A model generated the notes under the pieces. That model was not told the DNA's origin. It made no database searches and worked only from the letters and a program-made list of their open reading frames with translations. DNA of 45,623 nt from Candidatus Heimdallarchaeota archaeon (GTDB taxonomy: Archaea > Asgardarchaeota > Heimdallarchaeia > Heimdallarchaeales > Heimdallarchaeaceae): assembly GCA_019057375.1 (NCBI GenBank), contig DXJF01000137.1, forward strand, positions 1-45,623, read 5' to 3'. Below are positions 17,622 to 27,592 of this stretch, in pieces. Position numbers and translations under genes: made by a program. Every line of letters begins with the position of its first letter. Position 1 is the stretch's first letter.

Positions 17622-18611
17622 ATGAATAGCATACAAATTCAAACTCAAATGTTAGATGACCAATTAGATGTTCAAGAGCTAGCACATTTAACATTCGAAC
17701 TATGGAAAATTACTAGACCTGAAGCTAGTGCATCTATTGAAGGAATAGGAAATTGGATAAAAAATCTTGTTTTTGATGAAGTTCCTGTTATAGTGAAGGC
17801 TTACAAAGTGGAGAAATTAGTCGGATGGATTCTTCTCTTTGTACATGATTCCAAAAAGTTAGAGATTAATCCGTGGGCACTAGGGGGTCATCCCCATATT
17901 CTTCCAGAAGAACCTAAAAGATTGGAAATTGTACAACTCTTACTTAAAGAATGTATAAACTACGCATTACAAACTGATCACACAAGAATAGAATTATGTT
18001 TCGAGAAAATGGATTCTATTGAGAAATATCCCGTTGATTCTTCTGTATATCCGAAGTGTAATCTTATAGAGGAAGATGAAATTGTTTTCATGTCTCTTAA
18101 TTTAGCAGATCAAAAACTTCCTGAAGTAGAATTTCCTAAAGGAATAGAAACTATTCTCTTGAAAAATGCTGCAGATAATGACCTGTATACTTGTTTCTAC
18201 GATTCCTTTAGCGAAAGTGGAGACAGGAATTTTCTTTCTGAAACAGATGAAGAAAGAGAAGAATATTTCAAAGAACATTTTGATAAGGAAGACGAAATGA
18301 TAGATGATGCTTCAATAGTATTTGTTAAAGGAACCAAATTCTTAGGTTTTACTCTCGTTAAACCTACCCATGGTGAAGGTAATGGTCATTTGTGGATCAT
18401 GGGTGTTATTCCAGAATATAGAGGACGACAGCTTGGATCTAAACTACTCAACCACGCGATTGTTACACTAAAGAAACAAGGATACAAAACTATGAGTCTT
18501 GTCGTAGATAGTGCTAACGAAGCTGCTCTAAAGTTATATGAGAAATACAATTTTATCAAAGGATGGAGACGTATTACTTATGCTTGGAAGAAAGAGCATT
18601 TTGCAGTTTAA
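17622..18611 (+). CDS. Tandem-domain GNAT N-acetyltransferase
   Basis: C-terminal GNAT motif A (VIPEYRGRQLGSKLL) and NEAALKLYEKYNF. Degenerate N-terminal GNAT domain. Confidence 0.9.
   Translation: MNSIQIQTQMLDDQLDVQELAHLTFELWKITRPEASASIEGIGNWIKNLVFDEVPVIVKAYKVEKLVGWILLFVHDSKKLEINPWALGGHPHILPEEPKRLEIVQLLLKECINYALQTDHTRIELCFEKMDSIEKYPVDSSVYPKCNLIEEDEIVFMSLNLADQKLPEVEFPKGIETILLKNAADNDLYTCFYDSFSESGDRNFLSETDEEREEYFKEHFDKEDEMIDDASIVFVKGTKFLGFTLVKPTHGEGNGHLWIMGVIPEYRGRQLGSKLLNHAIVTLKKQGYKTMSLVVDSANEAALKLYEKYNFIKGWRRITYAWKKEHFAV
18141..18590 (+). repeat. Dispersed duplication, copy 2 (matches 1..450)
   Basis: Colinear high DNA identity to the window start. Confidence 0.95.
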
Positions 18612-18667
18612 TGAAACAGAAGATTTAACTCACTGCCTAGTTGTTCAATGTTTATTTAACAAAATCA

Positions 18668-18919
18668 TTATGTAATTTTGAATACTTCATCCCTAGGACG
18701 AACTCTTTTTGGTGTTTTAATACCCACTTGATGGCCTTTCTTTACTGTTTCTACTTCTTTTCCTTCTATTTGCATTGATGTTACTTTCATCGTGAAATCA
18801 GTTGTAGCACCATGAAAATGTAGTACATCTCCTATGTTTATCTCTCCCTCCACTTCTAAAGCAGCAACACTAGGTTGTACAAAGAATTTGAATACAGAAC
18901 CAACCTTTTTTTGACTCAT
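18668..18919 (-). CDS. Translation elongation factor-like small beta-barrel protein (EF-Tu domain II-like)
   Basis: GDVLHFHGATTDF...SMQIEGKEV...GHQVGIK pattern typical of this stand-alone family. Confidence 0.75.
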   Translation of the reverse strand: MSQKKVGSVFKFFVQPSVAALEVEGEINIGDVLHFHGATTDFTMKVTSMQIEGKEVETVKKGHQVGIKTPKRVRPRDEVFKIT

Positions 18920-19183
18920 ATAATCACCAACATCATATAGTTTTTATTATTTTTTAATGTTTCCCGAAGAGAATTTCTTAATACTTTTTTTATATTTTAT
19001 AGCTAATAGAGAAAATATTAGTAAAGCAAGAACAAACGAAAGGAACTCATAGGATGTATATGCGTGAAATGGTGCCATCTTTTGGAATTTTAGATGATGG
19101 AAAAATGTCTTAGTCATATTATTGGTATTTAATGTATAAGAGTAATCATATTGGAGCCAATCAAGAATCCATGAGTTTATAGT

Positions 19184-19735
19184 TTACATCTCTTCAAGAA
19201 TTGTTCTTTTGATTGTTTGTGTGAACTCAAATACACCTGGTTTTGTATGACAGTAATCATAAGCTGGTACATCTATTATCTCACTGTTTGGTATTAATTC
19301 ATGAACAATTTGAATTTCATCAGATTCATGATATTTATCATAAGGTGTTCTAATAATGAAAACAGGAATCTTTATTTTCTTAAAATCCTCTGTTGCATCC
19401 CAAATATGTATATCTCTACACTGTTTCCATCTTCTTACATCAACATTATTGATCCTGTCATAGAAGACTTGTTTTTGAACCCCATCAGCTACTTTATTCC
19501 TCAAATATATTCTGGCAACCAGCTTTCCTAGAGTATTCATCACAAAAGCAGGAAAAAAGAAAAAGAAGGTTAATAATTTATTTGGAGCTCGTGGTTTTCT
19601 TGCAGGACCTGTCAAGAAACAACCTTTTGGTGTAATCATGTTTTGTCCAACTAAGTGTGCAACATAACTTGCACCAATACTTGAACCAAAAAGAACTAAT
19701 TCCTTTTCATCAAGCTTTAAAAATCTAATAAGATT
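19184..19735 (-). pseudogene. 5'-truncated alpha/beta-hydrolase
   Basis: The frame upstream of the track start reads NLIRFLKLDEKELVLFGSSIGASYVAHL, which contains the GxSxG elbow. Candidate Asp (YDKYH) and His (YCHT) follow. It begins at a TAG with no start codon. Confidence 0.8.
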
Positions 19736-19874
19736 CTACAAAATCAAGAGCAATTAACTCTTTTAGGTCTTGATCATCAAGAAAAACTTTGCTCTCAAGA
19801 ATTCCAATATTTTCCTTTTTTGCAAATTCTTGAGGAATACCTGATGTTGAATCAGTAACAATTTTAATTTTCAT
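19725..19874 (-). pseudogene. DegV 5' fragment (49 aa)
   Basis: Translates MKIKIVTDSTSGIPQEFAKKENIGILESKVFLDDQDLKELIALDFVESY*, near-identical to the start of 29423..30286. Confidence 0.92.
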
Positions 19875-20113
19875 AACCCGAACCTTTTACACTTTTTTAA
19901 AAACATTTGGAGATTGGTTGTTCTACAGAAGTATAATCTCTCTTATAGAAATATGAAATTTATTTCACTTCAAAAGATTAAGAGGGCATTATTATGATTT
20001 CTGCGATTGAATCTTGTTATTCTTAAACCTCAACTATAGCAAGGAGAAAAAGAAAGGAAGAGGAAGTATTTTCTTTCTTTAGTTTGCTTCCACTTCTTTA
20101 GTTTTGTATAATT
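19743..20113. repeat. Duplication of the DegV 5' end plus upstream intergenic DNA (matches about 30154..30525)
   Basis: Shared blocks such as attttaattttcataacccgaaccttttacacttttttaaaaacatttg and aaagaaaggaagaggaagtat. The middle is more diverged. Confidence 0.92.
20045..20097 (-). terminator. Hairpin + U-rich tract, duplicated copy of 30455..30508
   Basis: Minus strand GAAGTGGAAG...CTTCCTCTTC followed by CTTTCTTTTT. Confidence 0.35.
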
Positions 20114-20186
20114 ACAGTTTCATGATTTATAATTATAAAAGAATCACTATCTGAAAAATTAATTAAAGAATCCTGAAAATCATTAG

Positions 20187-20277
20187 AATAATCTCACAAA
20201 AGCGTATTAATTTTCGCACGTCTTCAGACGTGTTCTCAAAATAAGAAGTAATTTGTCCTAGCCACTTTCCTTCTAAT
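20187..20277. repeat. 91-bp dispersed repeat with hairpin, copy B
   Basis: Matches 3752..3842. Perfect 7-bp stem cacgtct-tc-agacgtg at 20217..20232. Confidence 0.9.
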
Positions 20278-20432
20278 TTATCTAAAAAATTCCAATAATC
20301 ATCTTTGTCAGTAATAGTATTTGCATTTGAAGGAATTAGAAAGAGAAAAAAGAAAGTAAAAATTGTTTATTCTTCTTGTTTTATCTTCTGATAGCTAAAT
20401 GTTTTAATAAATCTAAAAGACTTATACTCTGA

Positions 20433-21809
20433 ATGATGTTTGGCGATTTAAGTTTTGAAGAAGCTCCTTTGATTAAGACTAAACTTCCTGGAATAAGATC
20501 AAAAGAATTTTTGAATTTACAGCAGAAACTAGAGGGAAATCCTGTTTCTTATCCAAAAGGTTCACCTATAGCCATCAAACAAGGATTTGGTGCAACAATA
20601 AAAGATGTTGATGATAATATCTTTATAGATTTTTTTGGAGGAGCGGGTGTTTTGGCTTTAGGACACTGTAATCCCTATATTGATGAAAGAATCCGAAAGG
20701 TTCAGAAAGAAATTACTCACACTCTTGATTTTCCTACTGAAATTCGTTTGGAACTTGTCGAAAAAATCCAGAATATTTTACCTAGCGATTTGAGAAACAA
20801 CTCAAAAGTAATCTTTGGGGGTCCTACTGGATCTGATGCTGTAGAAAGTGCAATAAAGCTCTCAAAAATAATTACTAAGAGACACGGAATTATTGCTTTT
20901 GAAGGAGCATATCATGGAATGACATCTGGAGCTCTTGCTTTAACTTCAGGTAAATTCTGGAAAGAAAAATATATGCCTTTGATTCCAGAAGTTCATTTTG
21001 TTCCTTATGCCTATTCTTATAGATGTCCATTCAAAACAAACACTGCTGCAGCTTGTGCAGAAGCTACTGCTAATTACTTTGAACATGTTCTAGAAGATCC
21101 TCATTCAGGTGTTGTGGATCCAGCGATGACTATTATAGAACCTATTCAAGGAGAAGGTGGATCAATAGTTCCTCACAATACTTTTGTAAAGAAAATTACC
21201 GAAATTAGCAAAAAATATGAAATCCCTATGGTTTTTGATGAGATTCAAGCAGGATTCTGCAGAACAGGTAAATTCTTCTCTTCAGAACATTCAGGAGCAT
21301 CTCCTGATATTATGACAATTTCAAAAGCATTAGGAGGAGGTTTTCCTCTATCAGCAATTGCATATAGAGAAGATTTAGATGTGTGGTCCAAAGCTGCTCA
21401 TATTGGTACATTCAGAGGGAATGTAACAGCTATGGCTGCAGGGTCCGCATCTATCGATTTTATGTTAGAAAACAATCTTGCGAATTATGTTGAAGAACTT
21501 GGAAATTATATGTTGCTAAAATTAGAAAAGTGTGAGAAGAATTCATCTATAATGGGAGAAGTAAGAGGAAAAGGGTTGATGATTGGAATCGAGATTGTTG
21601 AAGACAAAGAAACTAAGAAACCTTCACCAGATTTATGTTCAAAAATTAGAGATGAGATGTTTCGAAAAGGAGTTATAATAGAAATTGGTGGGCATTACGA
21701 TAATGTTCTGCGATTCCTTCCTCCTTTGATAATAACTAAAAAATTAGCAGAAACTGGAATAGATATCTGCACTGAATCAATAGAAAAGATAGAATCTGAA
21801 ATAGTTTGA
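20433..21809 (+). CDS. Class III PLP aminotransferase, diaminobutyrate/4-aminobutyrate transaminase-like
   Basis: GPTGSDAVESAIK, FEGAYHGMT, EPIQGEGG, DEIQAGFCRTG, SKALGGG and HIGTFRGN. Confidence 0.9.
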   Translation: MMFGDLSFEEAPLIKTKLPGIRSKEFLNLQQKLEGNPVSYPKGSPIAIKQGFGATIKDVDDNIFIDFFGGAGVLALGHCNPYIDERIRKVQKEITHTLDFPTEIRLELVEKIQNILPSDLRNNSKVIFGGPTGSDAVESAIKLSKIITKRHGIIAFEGAYHGMTSGALALTSGKFWKEKYMPLIPEVHFVPYAYSYRCPFKTNTAAACAEATANYFEHVLEDPHSGVVDPAMTIIEPIQGEGGSIVPHNTFVKKITEISKKYEIPMVFDEIQAGFCRTGKFFSSEHSGASPDIMTISKALGGGFPLSAIAYREDLDVWSKAAHIGTFRGNVTAMAAGSASIDFMLENNLANYVEELGNYMLLKLEKCEKNSSIMGEVRGKGLMIGIEIVEDKETKKPSPDLCSKIRDEMFRKGVIIEIGGHYDNVLRFLPPLIITKKLAETGIDICTESIEKIESEIV

Positions 21810-21816
21810 AGTGTCT

Positions 21817-22488
21817 CTATGAAGATTTATATCTTCTAATTTTGCTTGTTGAGACTTGATATTTCACTAATCCTATTAGAATGATAAGAGCACATACAAC
21901 TCCATCTAGAACTGGAACTCCAAGTTTCTTTTCCAATCTTTTGTCCAAACCAGTCATTCCTGCACACCCCAAAACAATCACTTCAGCTTTATCTTCCTTA
22001 ATAGCTTGTTTAGCTGTTTCCAAATATTTCTCTTCATCACTTAGGTTCTTGTATTCAACCTCAGGAGCTCTCACTGAAGCCAGAACATCCTGCAGATGAT
22101 ATTTTCTAATTAATGCTTCTTTATTTGGTATAGACTGCTCAGTCATTGAAATGACTGAGAAACTATGGCCTAGCATCGAAGCTATTTTCATAGATGCTTC
22201 TCCTATACCTACGACAGGTTTGTCAGTTATTTCTTTCATTACATCGAGATATGGATCACAATGACATGCAATAATATAACCATCAAATTCATCTTCATTA
22301 TCTCTAACTAATTGCATCATTCCTGATGCTGCTTTAACTTGATCTTCATAGGTTTCAATGAAGTTTGGTGCTCCATGTGTTGGTTTGCAAAAAACCTTTA
22401 GATCAGTATCTACAAAAGCATCTGCGGTTTCTTGAATAGCTTTTGTCATATTCAAATCACTATTCGGATTAATAATCAATATTTTCAA
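21817..22488 (-). CDS. Asp/Glu/hydantoin racemase family (allantoin/hydantoin racemase-like)
   Basis: ILIINPNS start and two catalytic Cys in IACHCDP and VLGCAGM. 4-bp overlap with the decarboxylase. Confidence 0.92.
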   Translation of the reverse strand: MKILIINPNSDLNMTKAIQETADAFVDTDLKVFCKPTHGAPNFIETYEDQVKAASGMMQLVRDNEDEFDGYIIACHCDPYLDVMKEITDKPVVGIGEASMKIASMLGHSFSVISMTEQSIPNKEALIRKYHLQDVLASVRAPEVEYKNLSDEEKYLETAKQAIKEDKAEVIVLGCAGMTGLDKRLEKKLGVPVLDGVVCALIILIGLVKYQVSTSKIRRYKSS

Positions 22489-23870
22489 TATAGCATTCCT
22501 CCATTAGCAATCACTCTAGCTTTCTCCTTGACATAAGTGATAGTTTTCATTAATGTTTCTGGTGTAGTTGGTGCAATTGCTACTAGTCTTAAAACAGCTT
22601 TGTCTCCAAGTTTTGTAAAAGATATTGAATGTTCTCCTCCTGAAATAACCTCCTCATGGACTAGTTTTAGATATTGATTAATCTGAATATCAGGAATTTG
22701 ATTGTTTTTAACTTGGAAACATAGTATACCTGTTTCGGGTTTGTTGCACAGTTCAATTTCTGTATCTGTTTTAAGAGATTCATAAATTGTGTCGATAGCT
22801 CGAATTGGAGATCTAAGTCTTTCATGAATTTTTGTAATTCCTTGATATCTAATTGAAGTAACCAACGGTAATGCTGAAAAAGGTCTTGTTGAAGGAGGTG
22901 ATTTCAATCCTGGACTTGGTACATCTTCACTTTCTCGATAAATATAGTCACTACGCAATGCCATACGATTGAAATCCTCTTTACGACGAACAAAAAGAAT
23001 GGAATTTGGGATTGGGGTTCCAAATTGTTTATGTGGATCCCAAGAAACTGAATCAGCAAATTCAATACCATAAAATCTCTCTCTGTATTCAGGAACCAAA
23101 GAATAGGCTAGACCATATGCACCATCTACATGCAACCACACTCCTATTCGTCTACATATTTTTGAAATTTCAAGTACATTATCTATTGATCCTGTAGATG
23201 TAGTTCCTGTTGTTGCAATAATGCAAAAGATATCGTAATTCTCAAGCAACTTATCTACTGTTTTTTGCATTTTCAGAATATCTATTCTTCTATTTACATC
23301 TACTTCTAAAGTTAGAAGGTTCTTATCTCCTAACCCCAACATTCTAACTGCGTGCTTGATTGAAAAATGTGCATCCGCTGAGGTTAACACAATAAGATTT
23401 TCTGGATTTTCAAATCCTTTTAATCCTTCTTGTGCAAAATCAAATCCTTCTTGTTCAGCTTTCCAATGAATTGCAAGATATAATGCTTCTTGATTGGCAT
23501 AAGTTCCTGAATACATAAAAGTACCATCTGAACCTGGTTCTAACTTGAAAAGAGAACAGAGAGCTTTAATGCAAAGTTCTTCTAACATAGCTCCACCAGG
23601 TGATACATACCAATCTGTTACTCCTTGATTATATTCTAGAGCAAGTTCTGCACCAATTTTTGCACCTTCTTCTAGAAAATTATTGAACATAGATAGAAAT
23701 CCTGGATGATTGTAGTTCATTAAATGGGGAAGTAATCTCTCTTCAAGCATCTGTTTGAGCTTTTCAGCTGAAATTCCTTCTTCTTGGAAATTAACAAGTG
23801 GTCGTAAATCCTCCATAACTTCAGCTGGAGTCGCTCCAGAAGAAATGGGCTTACTATCTTTATTTTGCAT
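22485..23870 (-). CDS. Group II PLP-dependent decarboxylase (Ddc/GAD-like)
   Basis: AHFSIK, ATTGTTSTGSID, WLHVDGAYG and DSVSWDPHK (PLP Lys). Confidence 0.92.
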   Translation of the reverse strand: MQNKDSKPISSGATPAEVMEDLRPLVNFQEEGISAEKLKQMLEERLLPHLMNYNHPGFLSMFNNFLEEGAKIGAELALEYNQGVTDWYVSPGGAMLEELCIKALCSLFKLEPGSDGTFMYSGTYANQEALYLAIHWKAEQEGFDFAQEGLKGFENPENLIVLTSADAHFSIKHAVRMLGLGDKNLLTLEVDVNRRIDILKMQKTVDKLLENYDIFCIIATTGTTSTGSIDNVLEISKICRRIGVWLHVDGAYGLAYSLVPEYRERFYGIEFADSVSWDPHKQFGTPIPNSILFVRRKEDFNRMALRSDYIYRESEDVPSPGLKSPPSTRPFSALPLVTSIRYQGITKIHERLRSPIRAIDTIYESLKTDTEIELCNKPETGILCFQVKNNQIPDIQINQYLKLVHEEVISGGEHSISFTKLGDKAVLRLVAIAPTTPETLMKTITYVKEKARVIANGGMLY

Positions 23871-23943
23871 AATTTATTCACTCCTCACGAAGATTTAAGA
23901 TATATTATTCTACTGTAAAATAAAAGTACTGCAAAAAAAACAA

Positions 23944-25341
23944 TTGGATAGATGGAACATGGTGGACCTGAATATCATTAATGGAAAAGTTTTCGTAAAA
24001 AATGAACTGATTGAAACAGGATTAAGCATAGATAAAGGAAAAATTGTTTCAATTGGTCAGATAAACACTCTTCCTACAGCTGATAAAACTATTAATGCAG
24101 AAAATCGTTTGATACTCCCAGGTGGAATAGATGTTCATACTCATATTTTGGATTTAGAGTTTTCTTATAGAGAAGATTTCTATACAGGAACACAAGCAGC
24201 TTCATCGGGGGGAATAACTACAATTTTAGAAATGCCAATGGGAATCAAAGGAAAATCAGTAATCGAAGCTTTTGATATGCAATTGAATGCAATGAAAGAT
24301 AGAAGTTTGGTTGATTTTGGACTTATCGGTTCTGCAGGTTACAATAATATCGATTCAATTGATGAGCTTGTTTCAAAAGGAGCGATAGCTTTCAAAACGT
24401 TCATGTTAGATGCTCCAGAAGAAATGTATGAACTCAAAGATCTCTCTGCAAAAAACGATTCTTTTCTCTTGAAGATATTTTCAAAAATAGCAGAAATAGG
24501 TTCAGTTAGCTGTATTCATGCAGAAAATGATTCTATAATAAGTGATGAAATTAATAGATTGACATCAATGGGTAAATGTAATTTTCAAGCTCATACTGAT
24601 TCTCGACCAGCTATAGCAGAAGATGAAGCTTGTCTGCGAGCTATGACGCTAGCAAATCATGCTAAAGCAAAATTAAATCTAGTACATATGAGTTCAAAAA
24701 ATGCTTTTGCTTTTATTAAATTAGCTAAACAGAGAGGATGGAATGTAACCTGTGAAGTTACTCCTCATCATCTATTCTTGACTTCAGATGATACAGCAGA
24801 ATTAGGTTCATGGGCAAAATCTGATCCCCCTATAAGGTCTAAGGATCATATGGAAGCTGCCTGGATAGCATTAAATGAGGGTACTATAGATATGGTAGCT
24901 TCTGATCATTCACCTTACAGTGTAGATGAAAAGGATATTAGAAATAAGGAGAATGGAATTTTTGGTGTTGGATCAGGTACTCCAGGCTTGGAAACAATGA
25001 TTCCTTTGTTATTAGATGCTGTTAATAAGAGGAGGTTATCTTTGAAAAGATATGTAGAAGTAACTTCATCAAATCCTGCAAAAAGATTTGGATTATACCC
25101 TAAAAAAGGAACAATTTCCTTAAATGCAGATGCTGATTTAAAAGTCGTTGATATGAAAAGAGAATATACTCTGAAAAATGAAAACATGTTCACAAAACAA
25201 AAAATAACAATTTTCGATGGGTGGAAACTACAAGGAAAAATAGAAAAGACAATTATCAGAGGAAAAATTGTTTATGAAGAGGGAGATTTCCTTACTAGAA
25301 GCGGGAGCGGGATTTTTATAACTCCTCATTATGTCAAATAG
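23944..25341 (+). CDS. Cyclic amidohydrolase (allantoinase/hydantoinase/dihydroorotase family)
   Basis: PGGIDVHTH, FKTFM, HAEN, CEVTPHH and ASDHSP. The start may be the ATG at 23959. Confidence 0.92.
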   Translation: MDRWNMVDLNIINGKVFVKNELIETGLSIDKGKIVSIGQINTLPTADKTINAENRLILPGGIDVHTHILDLEFSYREDFYTGTQAASSGGITTILEMPMGIKGKSVIEAFDMQLNAMKDRSLVDFGLIGSAGYNNIDSIDELVSKGAIAFKTFMLDAPEEMYELKDLSAKNDSFLLKIFSKIAEIGSVSCIHAENDSIISDEINRLTSMGKCNFQAHTDSRPAIAEDEACLRAMTLANHAKAKLNLVHMSSKNAFAFIKLAKQRGWNVTCEVTPHHLFLTSDDTAELGSWAKSDPPIRSKDHMEAAWIALNEGTIDMVASDHSPYSVDEKDIRNKENGIFGVGSGTPGLETMIPLLLDAVNKRRLSLKRYVEVTSSNPAKRFGLYPKKGTISLNADADLKVVDMKREYTLKNENMFTKQKITIFDGWKLQGKIEKTIIRGKIVYEEGDFLTRSGSGIFITPHYVK

Positions 25342-25431
25342 AAATAATAATTCATATTTTCTTTCCTTAAGAGGAAACTATACTTGAATTGCTCGATTAG
25401 TTTTTATACAAGCTAAAAGAGGATAATATTT

Positions 25432-27450
25432 ATGATTAATATCAAAACTCTTATCAAGAACAATTATTCAGAACTCATCCTGTTCAGCATAATTTTCCTG
25501 TTTTTCATGCAAATGCTTTCGGATTTAGCTGAAAGAATTTATGACTATGCTTTACTCGGATTGAAACCTACTTTGCATATTCTTGCATTATTATTCTTGT
25601 TTTCCTCTATAGCACTGCTCTTCTTTAGAAAGCCAATTTCAGATATAACTTTGTTTATTTTAGGAGAGCTAATTATTGTAACTAGATTAATTGAGCCATT
25701 ACTCAAAGGAGAAGGCCTACTTATATTAGCTGGAATATCTGTTAGTGGTTTCCTTATTTTCTTTCCAGCAATTTTCACAAGAAGTAAGAACAAAGAACAA
25801 CAAACTGGGATAACATTAGGAGTCTCATTAGCAATAGCTGTTGCATTATCTGTATTATTCAGAACAGTTAACTCCACACTAGATGTTTCAGTGTACAGGT
25901 GGTATCAAATTATTGGTTGGGTATTAGGAATACTAGCATCACTTATGCTAGTTGGAATGCTATTAAGAAGTGAAAAGCCAGCTCAGATAAAATCAAAAGA
26001 TGAAGAAAGCCCTGTAAAATTCGGTAGGATTCTTCTTTTAACTCTTGGTTTGTCGAGTGTTTTCATAATAATATGGTTTACATTTATAAGTCCAACAGTG
26101 ATTTCGAGATGGACTGAAGGTAACTATATTGGTATTGTTATTGGTGTTTTAGTGATGTTAACTTTGTTTATCGTGGGAATGATTTTAAAACCAGATTTAA
26201 TGAACTTAATCAAATCGTGGATGCTTTGGTCTTGGAATGGACTTTTCGCACTCTCTCTTACTTTTACTGTTATGATGCATCAAATAATACCCACATATGG
26301 TTTGTTCTTCCCTGATAATCCCGCTGCATACCCAATTGTTGCATTTCCAACGGCCTGGTTTTATCATATCCCTTTAGTCATGATGATTCTACTTTCTCCT
26401 ATAATTTACATAGATTTTATTCTTTTATCAAGAGAATTACTAAAAATGAAGCCAAAACCAGCAAAAATAGGAGGAGGTTTTACTTTAGGTGCAGGTTTGT
26501 ATATTCTAATAATGATTTTTATGCAAGTATTACCCAACGTCTGGGGATATCTTAGACCAATTAGCACTGGTTTCAGAGATTTATACTGGTTAGCATTTCT
26601 AATTCCAGGATTATTCATTACTATACCTATCATCCTATTCAAGAAAGATACTATGAAATTTGTAAAAACAGCTAGAGAACTTAAATCGAAATCCATAATT
26701 CTTACTATTTTAGGATTGATATTTCTAGGGACAGTTGTAGGAGCTCTTGTTACAAGTCCTCATCCAGGCACACCAGATGAAGAGAAAACTTCTCTAATAA
26801 TCATGACTTTCAATATTAGGGAAGGTGTAAACAACACTGGTGAAAAGAACTATGATGGACAACTGGAACTGATAAGAAGTGTTAATCCTGATATTATTGC
26901 TTTACAAGAATGCGATCCTGCAAGAATTGGTGGAGGTAATTCAGATGTTGTTAGATATTTTGCGAATAAATTAAATATGTACTCTTACCGAGGGCCTAAA
27001 ACAGTTGCAAATACATATGGTACGGCTATCCTGTCCAAATATCCAATTACTAGTGTTGCAGCTTTCTTTATGTTTAGTACTCATCAACAGATAGGAACAA
27101 CACAAGCACAGATTAGATTCAATTCAACTCTATCCTTCAATGTCTTCTCAAACCATCCTGCTGCTAGAACTCCAGAAGCAAAAGTTTACCAAATTGAACA
27201 AATACTAAGCCGAACAGTAGGTCTAGATAACGTTTTACTCATGGGTGATTTCAATTTTAGACCTTACTCAGAATCATATAACATAACTGTAGCTACATTA
27301 GACGATTCTTGGGAGCAAAAATGGTTATCTCCAGCGGCAACAAGAATTGATCATATATTCCTGAGTCCAGGATTGACTGTTCTTGATGCTGTTTATATTG
27401 AAAAGGGCCAATCTGATCATCCTGCATATTGGGTTGAAATTCAATTGTGA
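25432..27450 (+). CDS. Polytopic membrane protein with C-terminal EEP domain (CWH43/PGAP2IP-like architecture)
   Basis: More than 12 hydrophobic segments in the first ~445 aa, then MTFNIRE, LQECD, GDFN, IDHIF and SDHP. Confidence 0.85.
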   Translation: MINIKTLIKNNYSELILFSIIFLFFMQMLSDLAERIYDYALLGLKPTLHILALLFLFSSIALLFFRKPISDITLFILGELIIVTRLIEPLLKGEGLLILAGISVSGFLIFFPAIFTRSKNKEQQTGITLGVSLAIAVALSVLFRTVNSTLDVSVYRWYQIIGWVLGILASLMLVGMLLRSEKPAQIKSKDEESPVKFGRILLLTLGLSSVFIIIWFTFISPTVISRWTEGNYIGIVIGVLVMLTLFIVGMILKPDLMNLIKSWMLWSWNGLFALSLTFTVMMHQIIPTYGLFFPDNPAAYPIVAFPTAWFYHIPLVMMILLSPIIYIDFILLSRELLKMKPKPAKIGGGFTLGAGLYILIMIFMQVLPNVWGYLRPISTGFRDLYWLAFLIPGLFITIPIILFKKDTMKFVKTARELKSKSIILTILGLIFLGTVVGALVTSPHPGTPDEEKTSLIIMTFNIREGVNNTGEKNYDGQLELIRSVNPDIIALQECDPARIGGGNSDVVRYFANKLNMYSYRGPKTVANTYGTAILSKYPITSVAAFFMFSTHQQIGTTQAQIRFNSTLSFNVFSNHPAARTPEAKVYQIEQILSRTVGLDNVLLMGDFNFRPYSESYNITVATLDDSWEQKWLSPAATRIDHIFLSPGLTVLDAVYIEKGQSDHPAYWVEIQL

Positions 27451-27592
27451 AAGTTCTCTTTCCTCTTTTTTTCTTTTATTAAATGTTAGCAGACATATTC
27501 TGATATATTGCGGATACATTGAAAAAATACATAATTCATAAAAATGTAAAGAAGAAATAAAAAGAAATAAAAAAAAGAGCGTGTTTTATAAA

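Noticed and set aside
20163-20366. Stop-free minus-strand frame (…FLFLIPSNANTITDKDDYWNFLDKLEGKW…)
   Set aside because: There is no start codon, and the matching frame in repeat copy A is broken. Kept only as an alternative origin for the 91-bp repeat.
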